Position numbers and translations under genes: made by a program. This document shows positions 1 to 9,850 of a stretch of 64,000 nucleotides of DNA, in pieces (position 1 is the stretch's first letter; every line of letters starts with the position of its first letter). The stretch comes from Longimicrobiales bacterium (lineage in GTDB: Bacteria; Gemmatimonadota; Gemmatimonadetes; Longimicrobiales; Gaopeijiaceae): positions 32,001 through 96,000 of the forward strand of contig CBDCNQ010000005.1 of NCBI GenBank assembly GCA_965219445.1, written 5' to 3'. The notes below the pieces were generated by a model that was not told the origin of the DNA, ran no database searches, and saw only the letters and a program-made list of their open reading frames with translations.

Positions 1-160
1 GAAAGCGGCGGCCGGGTTCGCGCTCCACGCCAACGGACCGGCCGCGGCGCGGCTGCTGCGCACGCTCGGCCTTGGCTCGGGCGACGACCGCTCCTCGCTG
101 CGGGGACCCGCCGACCGCGATCCCGCCGCAGTCGAACTCTGACTACGGGAGAGGCCCGCC

Positions 161-475
161 ATGCAACCCTGGAAAATCAGCGCCGGCCTCACCGCCGCGA
201 TCGCGGGGTCTGCTGTGCTGCTCGCCGGGCCGCGCCTCGAATACCTCGCGCCGTATTGGCCGCTCCTCCTCACCGAACACGGCGTCTTGCTCGCCCTGCA
301 CCTGGCGCTCGCACTCGCAGCCGTCGCGGCCGCCATCTACGCCGTCGCACGCGCAGCCGGGCTCGCCGACCTCGGGCGGCGCGTCGATCTCGCCGAGCGC
401 TCCGTTCGGCGCGGCGAAGGGGACCCGGCCCTCACCGACGCGCTCCGCAGGGACGCCGAGGGCGACTGGGAATGA
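161..475 (+). CDS. small membrane protein of an integrative element
   Basis: 104-aa ORF with two hydrophobic segments; its stop overlaps the next ATG (ATGA at 472-475). Confidence 0.6.
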   Translation: MQPWKISAGLTAAIAGSAVLLAGPRLEYLAPYWPLLLTEHGVLLALHLALALAAVAAAIYAVARAAGLADLGRRVDLAERSVRRGEGDPALTDALRRDAEGDWE

Positions 476-919
476 ACGCGGAGACCGGGCGGGCGGCGGG
501 CCGACGAGATCGACCCAAACGTGCGCGCACACCTCGCCGTGCGTCCGTCGAGACCCTGCCAGCCACCTGGCGGACGCAGGCCAAGGCGCTCCGCCGGTAC
601 GGGGGCGAGACGCCGGCCGTCGCCGCTCGAAAGCTGCGCGGCCGAGCTCGAGACCACGCTCCGGGAGAGGGACGAGACCACCCTCTCGCTGACGGAGGCA
701 GCCAGGGAGAGCGGCTACTCCGCTGACCATCTCGGCCGCCTCGTGCGCGACGGCAAGATCCCCAACACCGGAAGGCCCGGCGCGCCCAGGATCGCCCGCT
801 CGATCCTGCCACGGAAGACCCAGCCGCCAGCCACACCGCTACTGGTGGAAAAGCATCGCCGAGGCGAAGTTTCCAACGCGCAGATCGTGCAGTCCATCAT
901 CGAGAGAGGAATCGAATGA
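472..919 (+). pseudogene. excisionase-like HTH DNA-binding protein, frameshifted near 624
   Basis: MNAETG...GETPAVA in one frame continues as LESCAAELE...LSLTEAARESGYSADHLGRLVRDGKI (HTH-like) in another; coupled by ATGA overlap to the integrase start at 916. Confidence 0.65.
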
Positions 920-1020
920 TGGCACGCACGAAACCTATCCGGCGCTCCTACGGCGCCGGCGAATGGGGCCGGAACCGGGTACGGGTCTTTCCCGATCCCA
1001 AGACCGGCCTGTTCCAGATC
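916..1020 (+). pseudogene. tyrosine integrase, 5' part (35 codons), interrupted by an inserted element
   Basis: MMARTK...KTGLFQI joins in frame to EWRDNG... at 6691 across the repeat GCCTGTTCCAGATC. Confidence 0.85.
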
Positions 1021-1168
1021 AACGGGCCGGGTGGAACATTGGTGGAACATATTGGACCTTCCCGGACCATTCTCCACAGGCCGAAAGTCCTTTACAGACA
1101 ACGATTTCTCCAATAACCACCGTCCCATGGCGTTCCTTGCGGTCCCAATCGATTCCATGTACTATTGA

Positions 1169-2344
1169 TTGCAGAAGGTGCAACGGCAAGTCATACACGG
1201 AATCGAGAGACACGCCATCAAACACCCCTCGAAACCCCTCAGCGCCTCATTCGTGAAGCACGTCAAGCGGCCGGGCCGGCACGGCGACGGCGGGCGCGGC
1301 TCGCACGGCCTCTACCTGCGCGTCTGGCGGCGTCCGAACGGACGCATCGGCAAGGCGTGGGCTCAGCGCCTCCGTGTCGGCGGCAAGGTCACGTCCCTGG
1401 GGTTGGGACCCTATCCCGTCGTCACGCTGGCGGAGGCGCGGGCGAAGGCGCTCGGGAACCGCCGCGCCGCCCACGCGGGACGCGATCCCCGGGGCGGCGG
1501 AGTTCCGACGTTCGAGGTGGCGGCCAGGAAGTTCATCAAGCTGCATTCGCGGACGTGGAAGGCCGGGTCGCGGCTCCCCCGGGAGTGGGAGCAGACCCTC
1601 GCGGACTACGCCCTTCCCATTGTCGGGCGCAAATCCGTGGCGGCGGTCACGACCGGCGACGTGCTGGCCGTGCTCACTCCGATCTGGCACACGAAGCCGG
1701 CGACGGCGAAGAAGGTCCGCCAGCGCATCGGGGCGGTGATGAAGTGGGCCGTTGCCCAGGGCCACCGCACCGACAACCCGGCGGGCGAGGAGATCAAGGC
1801 CGCGTTGCCGAACGGGAGCGGCCACACCCGCCACCATCGGGCGCTCCCTCACGACCGGGTTGCCGAAGTCCTCTCGAAGACCAGGAGCAACGTCAACGGC
1901 GTCGCCTTGCGGTTCGTCGTGCTCACCGCCTGCCGCGTGTCGGAGGTCGCCGGGGCGAAGTGGTCCGAGATCGACAGCGGCGTTTGGACGATCCCGGCTT
2001 CGAGGATGAAGACGAAGAAGGAACACCGTGTTCCGCTGTCGTCGGCCGCCTTGCGGGTGCTCGCCGAAGCGAAGTCCGATTCGCCGTTCGTTTTCCCCGG
2101 ACGGGGCGGGAAGCCGATTGCTCGCCAGTCCATCGGACGGGCGCTCAACGGGACGAAGGCGACGCCTCACGGGTTCCGTAGCTCGTTCCGGGATTGGTGC
2201 TCCGAGACGGGAGTTCCCCGCGAGGTCGCCGAAAGGGCGCTCGCACATGTCGTCGGGAACAGGGTCGAGGCCGCGTACAACAGGACCGACTTGCTGGAGC
2301 GCCGCCGCGAGGTCATGGAGGCGTGGGGGCGGTACCTGTCGTAA
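1169..2344 (+). CDS. P4-like tyrosine integrase (arm-binding domain plus catalytic domain)
   Basis: DG..GLYLRV and LGLGPYPVVTLAEAR arm-domain motifs; catalytic R (TACRVSE), HGFR, AH and Y (AAYNR); start codon uncertain. Confidence 0.92.
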   Translation: MQKVQRQVIHGIERHAIKHPSKPLSASFVKHVKRPGRHGDGGRGSHGLYLRVWRRPNGRIGKAWAQRLRVGGKVTSLGLGPYPVVTLAEARAKALGNRRAAHAGRDPRGGGVPTFEVAARKFIKLHSRTWKAGSRLPREWEQTLADYALPIVGRKSVAAVTTGDVLAVLTPIWHTKPATAKKVRQRIGAVMKWAVAQGHRTDNPAGEEIKAALPNGSGHTRHHRALPHDRVAEVLSKTRSNVNGVALRFVVLTACRVSEVAGAKWSEIDSGVWTIPASRMKTKKEHRVPLSSAALRVLAEAKSDSPFVFPGRGGKPIARQSIGRALNGTKATPHGFRSSFRDWCSETGVPREVAERALAHVVGNRVEAAYNRTDLLERRREVMEAWGRYLS

Positions 2345-2412
2345 GCCAGCCGACGCAGTGTTGAACACATTGTGGTCTGGCAAGGGGATGCTGCGCCCCC
2401 CTTCGACCCCCA
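2343..2412 (-). promoter_or_regulatory. diverged oriT-like site, inverted relative to the other copies
   Basis: Minus strand reads GGGGGCGCAGC...GCCAG...GGCTGGCTT, matching the ends of the copies at 6.3, 8.3 and 32.1 kb; followed by mobC/mobA-like debris. Confidence 0.5.
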
Positions 2413-2479
2413 GCCTCCGTTGCCGCTGCCGACGCAGTCGGCGGGGTCCTCGCCCCCCTTCCGGCGTGGCGCAGCGGCC

Positions 2480-2640
2480 GCAGCGGAGCGCAAGCGCACC
2501 CGGCAGGTCGCGCGCGTCGGCAAGCACTCAATCCATCGAGCGGGTGCTTGCGGCGATGGCCGCCGTCGGGAGCCCCGAAACCGATGGACATTAGGTTTGT
2601 GGCTCGCGGCACCCGCTCGGCCTGGGCGGCCTATTGGCGG
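2480..2640 (+). pseudogene. decayed mobC and relaxase 5' remnants
   Basis: ERKRTRQVARVG resembles the mobC remnant ERTREVARI; MDIRFVARGTRSA resembles the relaxase start MLVKFLVRGTGSA at 6035. Confidence 0.55.
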
Positions 2641-2842
2641 AGGCGAGGTCGGGCTCCGAGTCGGGCTGCAAACGGTGCACGAAGGCGTCGGCTGGGGGAG
2701 CGGTGCCCCCCGTTCGGGCTCATTCCGTTCGCCGATGCTCATCATGGGCCCTAAGATTACTGGGACACGTACACCCGATCGGCCCAGGGTGGGGTTCCTC
2801 AGCCGCGAGGCCGCCGGACAGTAGATTCAGGAGGTCGCCGCG

Positions 2843-5464
2843 ATGCTGACGTCGTCAAGAGGCCGTTTCCTCATCGCCGCTTTTTGTGGCCGCGCCGCGC
2901 TGCTGTTACTGCTGACCGCAGCGCCGGCGGCCGCCCAGCAAACGGGAACCATCAGGGGCACGGTAGTGGACGTGTCCGGCAACGCCTTGCCCGATATCTT
3001 GGTGACCGCAACCGGTTCCGGCGTGAGCGAGGAAGTCGTCACGGATGCTGAAAGCGCCTACGAATTCCCCGCTCTCGCCGCCGGCGACTATGTCGTAACC
3101 GCCACCCTGTTCGGTTATGCGCCCCGGGAGATTCAGGTCACCGTGGGCGCAGGTGCCGTGGAAACGGTCCCGATCGTTCTGGAGCCCACTTTCCGGCTCG
3201 ATCCGCTGAGCGTGGTGGCGGAGGAGCCCACGGTCTTCGCGCGCAATTTCGTCGCGGAACCGATGATCAGGCAGCAGTCGAACATGACCGCTGTGACGTC
3301 GGTGATCGACAACCTTCCCGGCGTGTCCGTCCAAGAGGGGGACGCGTACGCCTTTGACGACTGGTCGAGCAACGTCGTCATGCGCGGGTTCCAATCGACC
3401 ATCAACGATGCACAGATCGGTACCACCATCGACGGATTCCCCAATGGCACGTCGGACTACTGGAGCGGCGCGAAGGCGAACCGGTTCGTCGACCCGATGA
3501 ACCTCGGTGGGGTCGAGGTGTCGCAGGGGACCGCCGACATCGCCTCCCGGTCGGTCGAGGCGCTGGGCGGCACGCTCAATTTCTTGACGGCCGACCCGGC
3601 GGCGGAGCGGAGCCACACGGCGTCCGTCACGATCGGCGAGAACGAGGGCCAGCGGTTCGCCGCGCGTGTCGAGACCGGATCGTTGTTCGGCGGCACGACG
3701 CGGGCCTGGGTAGCCGCGATCCGGCAGGAGGCGACCGACTGGATGGAGGGCTCCGCAAGGAACGAGCGGGAGCACCTCGCCGCCAAGATCGTGTTTTCGC
3801 ACGGACCTCTCGATCTCACCGGCTACATGTCGCACGACGACATCCACGAGGATGTCTACCAACGGCTCAACGGCGAGGCGGACTTCAGGGCCGACCCGCG
3901 CTGGGACCGGCTGGTCGGCCACTGGCCCGGCGTGCCCTACCTGAACCAGTTCTACCGCCCCGGCTGGCAGACACGGCGCAAGAACACGCTCGCCTACCTC
4001 AAGGCCGACTGGTCCGTCAGCGAGTTGATCTCCCTGAGCGCGGGCGCGTACCATCATGACAACCGGGGCCGTGGCGACTGGTTGCCCCCCTACATCGTGG
4101 ACGTGGTGGACGACGGGAATCGGCCGGAGTCGGAGCTGGCGGGCCTCGCGCCGGTGCGGGGCGGCACGCAGCTCGGGGTAGTCCACTTCGTGGACGGCAA
4201 TGGCGTCGCCGTCGGACCGGCGCCGGGATGCACGTCGTCCTACATCTTCAACTACTATGGGTCGGGCGACCCGGAGGTCGACCCGGCGTGCCACCCCGGG
4301 GCGACCGCGGTTCAGTCGTACCGTCACAGCCATTACGGGAAGAATCGCCTCGGCGTCAACATCGACGGGGAGTGGTCCGTTTTGTTTGGCGGGGGAGGGG
4401 GCAGCGGGCTGCGGGCGGGCATCTGGTACGAGGACTCGCGGCGCGACCTCGGCCGGGACTGGCACCGGATGCTGGACCCTGCGCTCAACTTCAAGTGGGA
4501 CGAGCAGGCCTATTGGCACCAGTACGAGTGGGACTTTCCGCAGGACGTCTTTAAGTGGTACGTGGAGGAGACGCTGTACTTCGGCCCGTTCGAATTGGCC
4601 GGCGGCGTCAAGCAGTACCTTGTCTCCGTGTCGCGCGAGGACCAGTTCGGCATTGATCGGGACCTTGGTGTCGATTCCGATTCGGAGCTGCTCTTCTCCG
4701 GCGGCGTCACCTACGAGACGCCGGTCGAGGGCCTCGACCTGTTCGCGGGCTACGCCGAGAACTTCAGGGCGATCAGCAGCACGTTGCTCGAGGCCCCGAG
4801 CCGCAGTTTGGACCTCCTGGAGCCCGAGACCGCGTCGAACATCGATGTCGGGGTTCAATACTCCGGCGAGCGGCTCGCGCTGAGCGCCACCATGTATTCC
4901 ATCGATTTTGACAACCGGATCTTCTACCTCGGCCCCCAGACGCCCGCAGGACCCAACTACCTCATCCCCGGAGGGGGAGCCTACTTCAACGCGGGCGGGA
5001 TCGAAACGAGTGGTGTCGAGTTGGCCGCCACGGTGGCGATGCCGGGTCGGACATCCTTCTACACCGCGTTGACGCTCAACGACTCGAAGTACGTCGGGAC
5101 CGACGATCCGCTCGTTGACGCCAGCCAGGGCATTGTGCCCGGCACGGACGTTACGGGCGTACCGCCTCGGCTGTGGGTGGTGTCCCTCGACCGCACCGGA
5201 CCCCTGGGTGGCGGGCTGTCTGCGAAATACACGGCATCGCGCCGCGTCAGTCTGACGGCGGACTGGTACACCGACGCCTACTGGGTGGTAGACGCCTACG
5301 TCAGCTTCAGCGGCGAAGCGTTGAGCGATCTGTTCCGGGCGACGGAGTTCTCGATCGTGGCGAACAACGTACTCGACAGCCCCTATCTGTCCGCGATCAC
5401 CGAGAACGCGGCCTGGCTGGGCGCACCCCGGACGATATCGATGACCACGACCGTCTCCTTCTGA
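2843..5464 (+). CDS. TonB-dependent outer-membrane receptor with N-terminal carboxypeptidase-regulatory-like domain
   Basis: Signal peptide; GTIRGTVVD Ig-like domain; plug motifs LPGVSV and ALGGTLNF; LEPETA and NNVLD motifs; C-terminal Phe. Confidence 0.93.
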   Translation: MLTSSRGRFLIAAFCGRAALLLLLTAAPAAAQQTGTIRGTVVDVSGNALPDILVTATGSGVSEEVVTDAESAYEFPALAAGDYVVTATLFGYAPREIQVTVGAGAVETVPIVLEPTFRLDPLSVVAEEPTVFARNFVAEPMIRQQSNMTAVTSVIDNLPGVSVQEGDAYAFDDWSSNVVMRGFQSTINDAQIGTTIDGFPNGTSDYWSGAKANRFVDPMNLGGVEVSQGTADIASRSVEALGGTLNFLTADPAAERSHTASVTIGENEGQRFAARVETGSLFGGTTRAWVAAIRQEATDWMEGSARNEREHLAAKIVFSHGPLDLTGYMSHDDIHEDVYQRLNGEADFRADPRWDRLVGHWPGVPYLNQFYRPGWQTRRKNTLAYLKADWSVSELISLSAGAYHHDNRGRGDWLPPYIVDVVDDGNRPESELAGLAPVRGGTQLGVVHFVDGNGVAVGPAPGCTSSYIFNYYGSGDPEVDPACHPGATAVQSYRHSHYGKNRLGVNIDGEWSVLFGGGGGSGLRAGIWYEDSRRDLGRDWHRMLDPALNFKWDEQAYWHQYEWDFPQDVFKWYVEETLYFGPFELAGGVKQYLVSVSREDQFGIDRDLGVDSDSELLFSGGVTYETPVEGLDLFAGYAENFRAISSTLLEAPSRSLDLLEPETASNIDVGVQYSGERLALSATMYSIDFDNRIFYLGPQTPAGPNYLIPGGGAYFNAGGIETSGVELAATVAMPGRTSFYTALTLNDSKYVGTDDPLVDASQGIVPGTDVTGVPPRLWVVSLDRTGPLGGGLSAKYTASRRVSLTADWYTDAYWVVDAYVSFSGEALSDLFRATEFSIVANNVLDSPYLSAITENAAWLGAPRTISMTTTVSF

Positions 5465-5637
5465 CGAATCGCCAGGACGCCCCTTTCTTGGACGGTTTTC
5501 AGCCGTTGGGTGGCGGGGGCGAGGAGCCGAGCGATAACTCAGAGCCACGCGCCGGATCACCAGTTCGCCGACCCGTGATCGCCGCCACATGCTTCTTCCG
5601 GATGAGCGGCAGTGTCCCGCGCAGATCCCACGACAGA

Positions 5638-6035
5638 CGTCGCGGAGCGGGTCGAACGTCCTCCGCCAACCCGGAGGGGCGATGTTGAGGCTCCGGCCGG
5701 TCTCCAGGTCGCACCGTGCGGCGAGGACATGGACGTGAGCGCTGCCGCCGCGCTCGCGGTGAAGCACGACCCCCTGGGCGTAGCGGTCGGGTTTCGAGCC
5801 CCGCCCAGGCCGTCTCTTCGAAGGTGTCCAAAACCTCGCCGATCTGGTCGTCGGTCGGAGCGTCCTCCGGCGCCCAGGCGATTACGCCTGAGGTGTACTT
5901 GTGATCGAAGGGAAGCGTGTCGGCCACGGCGGCCACTTGGTGGGGATCCCCCCGGAGGACCTCGACGCCTGCGCGCGGCTTCCCGGCCGCATCCCGCGCC
6001 GAGCCGGTCCCGCGGACGAGGAACTTAACGAGCAT
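5638..6035 (-). pseudogene. MobA/MbeA-like relaxase, frameshifted and truncated
   Basis: MLVKFLVRGTGS...VLRGDP...YTSGVIAWAPED, then frameshift to VLHRERGGSAHVHVL...LETGRSLNIAPPGW (HUH region). Confidence 0.8.
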
Positions 6036-6039
6036 CGGT

Positions 6040-6190
6040 GTCCGGGCACCCAGCGGGCGATCTGGTTGAGGTCGTTGTCGATGCGCGCCACCTCGCGGGT
6101 GCGCTCTCGCACCAGATCCGACAGCGTCAAGCCTGCGGAGCGCGCCTTGGCGTGCCACTCGGCACGCGCTCCGCCTCGCTGGCGCGGAGC
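6040..6190 (-). pseudogene. MobC relaxosome protein remnant
   Basis: EWHAKARSAGLTLSDLVR...EVARIDNDLNQIARW, directly upstream of the relaxase remnant. Confidence 0.75.
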
Positions 6191-6251
6191 TTCACCCACA
6201 CGGCGCGTCCCGGGCTCATGACGCGCCGTTGCCGTTGGGGGGGTCAGAGGA

Positions 6252-6347
6252 GGGGGCACAGCCCCCCGCCAGCCCCTGCCGGGGACGCGCGAAGCGTGGC
6301 CCCAAGGGGTAGGCTGGCTTGGGCACCTTAAGGAGCCCGAGCCAGCC
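6252..6347 (+). promoter_or_regulatory. oriT-like site (ColE1 bom-like) with downstream hairpin
   Basis: CGCCAGCCCCTGCCGGGGACGCGCGAAGCGTGGCCCCAAGGGGTAGGCTGGCT, repeated at 8334 and 32068; adjacent to mobC/mobA. Confidence 0.7.
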
Positions 6348-6690
6348 CTGCGATGGCCTCCGAAACGACGCTCCGGGCACCGCCCGGGAATGCCGCCACT
6401 CCCGAGGCTCCAGCACCGGGATACCGCCCCACAATCGGCGACGCGCGGAGAGGTTGGCGCTTCGGGCCGTCCGGGTTACCGTTCACAGGACCCTGGGAGC
6501 ACAACCGGAAACCTGCCAGCATTGGTTTCTGGACTGGGCCGGAACACAGTGGACGCGCAGGGACCGCGTTGGAACAGGCATCCGGGGTGTCGCGTCCGAA
6601 TAGTGTACCGGCGGTGATACGGAGACTCCCCGTGTCGCTATAACTCCATGATTTACAACGATTTACGATTTGGAGTGCCTGTTCCAGATC

Positions 6691-7749
6691 GAGTGGCGCG
6701 ACAACGGGCGCAGGCTCACAAGGTCGCTGAAGCACCGCGACTGGAGACGGGCGAAGCGGCAGGCGGACGAGTTCGCCGCCGGCTACCTCGGGCCGGAGCT
6801 CCACCGCAAGGCGGAAGCCGAGTCCGAGCCGCTCACCCTGGAGACGCTTTTTGACATCTACGGTGAAGAGGTGACGCCGACCAAGCGTGGACAGTCGCGG
6901 CTGCACGACAGGGCCGCGATGAGGACGTTCCTCGGGTGCTTCGGACGGAACCGCGACCCCGCCACGCTGTCCCAGCGGGACTGGGACCGGTTCATCCGGG
7001 AGCGGCGCGCGGGCAGAGCCGGCCGCAGCGGCAAGCCGGTGGCCGACCGGACGATCGAACGGGACCTCAAGTTCCTGCTCGCGGTCCTCAACTGGGCCGC
7101 GAGGTCGAGGGACGAGAGGGGAAGGCTCTTGCTCGAGTCCAACCCCCTCAGGGGCCTCAAGACGCCGAAGGAGAAGAATCCTACCCGGGTGCTGCTCACT
7201 GAGGCGGAATACGAGGCCATGCTTCGGGTGTCCGTGGAGGTGGACTGGCGCTTTCACGTCGCTCTCGTGCTCGCGCACGAGACGGGACACCGCATCGGCG
7301 CCATCCGTCAGTTGCGATGGTCCGACATCGACATGGAAGCTCGTGTCATCCGGTGGCGAGGCGAGCATGAGAAGACCGGCTACGAGCACCGGACCCCGGT
7401 GAGTGCCGAAGCGCTCGGCGTCCTCGAAGAGGCGCGGTGGCGGAACCCCGGGATCGGGGACCTTCCGGTGTTGCCCGCGCCCAAGCATGCCTCGATGTGC
7501 GTGGGCCAGTGGCCGATCCGTGACTGGTGGGAGAAGGCCGAGGTGCTCGCAGGGCTGGAACCCAAGCGTGGGCGCGGCTGGCACTCCCTGAGGCGGAAGT
7601 TCGCCTCCGACCTGATGGACCAGCCGCTCAAGGTCCTCTGCCAACTCGGCGGCTGGAAGACGGCCCAGACAGTGCTCCAGTGCTACCAGCGGGCCGACGA
7701 GGACCAGCTCAGGAAGGCCCTCGACGACCGCCCGAGGGCCTGCTCTTAG
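6691..7749 (+). pseudogene. tyrosine integrase, 3' part (352 codons) of the gene begun at 916
   Basis: Catalytic motifs ETGHRIGAI, EKTG, HSLRR, GGW and QCY are intact; N-terminus displaced by the inserted element. Confidence 0.9.
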
Positions 7750-7751
7750 CC

Positions 7752-7797
7752 CAAATAGCGGGAATCAAATAGCGGGAATCGGACTAACGATTCCCGT
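7752..7797. repeat. integrase arm-type repeats
   Basis: CAAATAGCGGGAAT tandem x2 (7752-7779) plus a partial inverted copy GATTCCCG, between the integrase stop and the tRNA remnant. Confidence 0.65.
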
Positions 7798-7805
7798 AAG
7801 TCCTT

Positions 7806-7834
7806 TGGGCGTAGCAGGATACGAACCTGCGACC
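7806..7834 (-). other. tRNA 3'-end fragment (att core)
   Basis: Minus strand GGTCGCAGGTTCGTATCCTGCTACGCCCA gives T-stem GCAGG/CCTGC, T-loop, acceptor 3' strand and discriminator; no 5' half. Confidence 0.75.
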
Positions 7835-7837
7835 TAA

Positions 7838-8099
7838 TGCACATCAGACAACGGGGTGCATGTGCACCGAAACGCCATTTCCATGTGCGCGCCAGCGCTC
7901 CCGTATGTGGCTGCCTGTCTTACAGTTGCGGCACGGCCGCCGGAGCGGCGACGCCGCTCCGGAGCTTTCGGCCGAAGAAGGGAGCGACCCCCCGGATTCG
8001 ATGCCTCGATCGGCATCGCGGAGGGTTGGCATGTGCACACCCATGCCACCCTCCCACGGGGGTCGCTCCCCTCCAGCAATCCCTAGCGGGAAGGCCATC
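7838..8099 (+). other. conserved structured non-coding element, copy A
   Basis: Homologous to 33911-34169 (minus strand) and 33645-33757; nested stems preserved despite substitutions. Confidence 0.7.
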
Positions 8100-8227
8100 A
8101 AGCGCCGCTGCGAGCGCGGCGTATCAACGAATCCGGCCGCCGGTCGCGGCTTTTCACCAGCTAGGTGGCTCGGCAAGTCGTCCCAGTGAGGTCGGCGTCG
8201 GCGCTCGACCAAGCCCGAAACTGCCCC

Positions 8228-8285
8228 GAGGTGGTTGAGGTTGCCGCCGATGCGCGCGACCTGCCGGCCGCGTGCGCGCCATGGC
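8228..8285 (-). pseudogene. mobC remnant
   Basis: RQVARIGGNLNHL next to an oriT copy. Confidence 0.55.
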
Positions 8286-8316
8286 CTGCCGGAGCGCGGG
8301 CGTCCAGGGGATCGAA

Positions 8317-8415
8317 GGGGGCGGAGCCACCCTCGCCAGCCCCTGCCGGGGACCCGCGAAGCGTGGCCCCAAAGGGTAGGCTGGCTCATGACTGCTAACG
8401 GGTCGTGAGCCAGCC
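8317..8415 (+). promoter_or_regulatory. oriT-like site with hairpin
   Basis: Near-identical 53-bp core to 6267-6319 and 32068-32120. Confidence 0.7.
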
Positions 8416-8476
8416 TTCGCGCCCCCGCTCTTCAGCGCCTGACGGACTCGTCCGCCGACACTGCGAGCGCGGCGGA

Positions 8477-9709
8477 TCAGCGAGCCGGTCCGGCCTCCGG
8501 GTCGCGACTCTTGTCGGCCAGGTACGCCGCCCAGTCATCCATAAGTCGACGTCGTCGCTCGAACAGGTCCGTGCGCCGATAGGCCACCTCGACTTTGTTT
8601 TGGACCACATGCGCCAGCGCCGCTTCGATGACTTCGCGCGGATGATCCGTCTCTTCTGCCGCCCAGTCCCGAAAGCTTGAGCGGAAGCCGTGCGGCACGG
8701 CCGCGATCTTGCAGTTCCGGAGAAGCCGGCGCAGCCGCTTTTCGTAGAGCGGCTTGCCACCCCCACGGGTGAACACCAGCGAACTGCCGTCCCCGAGCTT
8801 GCGCGCCGCGCTGAGAATCTCTGTGGCGCGGCGGCACAGCGGCACCCGGTGCTCGCGCTGCGCCTTCATCCGCGTGGCGGGAATCGTCCACACGCCCTGC
8901 CTTCGATCGATCTGCGCCCACTCGGCCCCCCGGACCTCGCCCCACCTCGCCGCCGTCAGCACCACGAACTCAAACGCGAGCTTGACGACCGGCTGCGCCC
9001 CCGACCCCCGCACCGTCTCGATCGCCGACGCCACGTCGCGATGCGGCAAGGCCCGCATGTGTGTCACCACGTCGTTCTGCGCTCCGAGGATCGGCCCGAT
9101 TCGGTCGCATGGGTTGTCGGTCCTGAACTCCATCGCCACGGCCCATTCCAGCACCGTGCGGATACGTTGGTGCACGTGCCGGGCCGTGGGCGCCTTCACG
9201 TGCCAGATGGGTGTGAGGATCTCCAGCACGTCGGCGCTCGTCACCTCCGAGACCGCCATCTCGCCGATGCGCGGGAAGGCGTAGCGCCTGAGGCTCGAAA
9301 TCCACTCGCGGCTATGACCCGGACTGCGCCAACCGGCCCGCTTCTGTTCCATCACCCTCACGGCGGATTCCGCGAAGCTCGGCACGCCCTGCGTGCGGCG
9401 TTTCTCGGCGAGCGGGTCGCCGCCCGAGCGCGCGAGCTTGCGGTTGGCCAGCGCCTGCTCGCGGGCCTCGGCCAGCGAAATCAGCGCCACGCTGCCCAGT
9501 CCGAGCTCGCGATTGCGGCCCCGGATCGCGAGCCGCTGAATCCAGCTCCGCGTTCCCGTAGGCTGCACGTAGAGGTACAAGCCATTGCCGTCGCAATGTC
9601 TGCCGGGCGGGGCCGTGCGCACGAAGGCGGCCGACAACGCCTTGTCGGGATGGCGGCCCTTGGCCTTGGTTTTCCGAGGCGGGTTGGCCGAGTGCTTCAC
9701 ACTATTCAT
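8477..9709 (-). CDS. P4-like tyrosine integrase
   Basis: DGNGLYL, ELGLGS..ISLAEAR, TAARWGE, HGFRSSFRDW, AH, VAYRR. Confidence 0.93.
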   Translation of the reverse strand: MNSVKHSANPPRKTKAKGRHPDKALSAAFVRTAPPGRHCDGNGLYLYVQPTGTRSWIQRLAIRGRNRELGLGSVALISLAEAREQALANRKLARSGGDPLAEKRRTQGVPSFAESAVRVMEQKRAGWRSPGHSREWISSLRRYAFPRIGEMAVSEVTSADVLEILTPIWHVKAPTARHVHQRIRTVLEWAVAMEFRTDNPCDRIGPILGAQNDVVTHMRALPHRDVASAIETVRGSGAQPVVKLAFEFVVLTAARWGEVRGAEWAQIDRRQGVWTIPATRMKAQREHRVPLCRRATEILSAARKLGDGSSLVFTRGGGKPLYEKRLRRLLRNCKIAAVPHGFRSSFRDWAAEETDHPREVIEAALAHVVQNKVEVAYRRTDLFERRRRLMDDWAAYLADKSRDPEAGPAR

Positions 9710-9850
9710 TCCACAATAATATAGGGGATGCAAGCGGATATCAAGGGACGCTACGGGTGGCTCAGGGCGCTGTAGAACAGTCATAACCGTTTAGGATATA
9801 ACTGTTTATAGCACTTACTAGATCCCTACGGACATCGGCAGACTATGACT

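Larger units (their letters stand above)
1007..6690. mobile_element. integrative element carrying a P4-like integrase, a TonB receptor and mob remnants, bounded by a 14-bp direct repeat
   Basis: GCCTGTTCCAGATC at 1007-1020 and 6677-6690; integrase ~150 bp inside the left end; short direct repeats near both ends (GGTGGAACAT x2, GATTTAC x2). Confidence 0.85.

Noticed and set aside
2906..5767. 953-aa minus-strand ORF and similar long antisense ORFs (1247-2527, 6328-7644, 33786-35237, 36243-37376)
   Set aside because: Shadow frames of GC-rich genes on the other strand; only the first ~45 codons of 2906-5767 (relaxase remnant) and the middle of some others reflect real coding remnants.
7806..7834. 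Intact tRNA gene
   Set aside because: Only the T-arm and acceptor 3' strand are present; there is no D-arm or anticodon arm.
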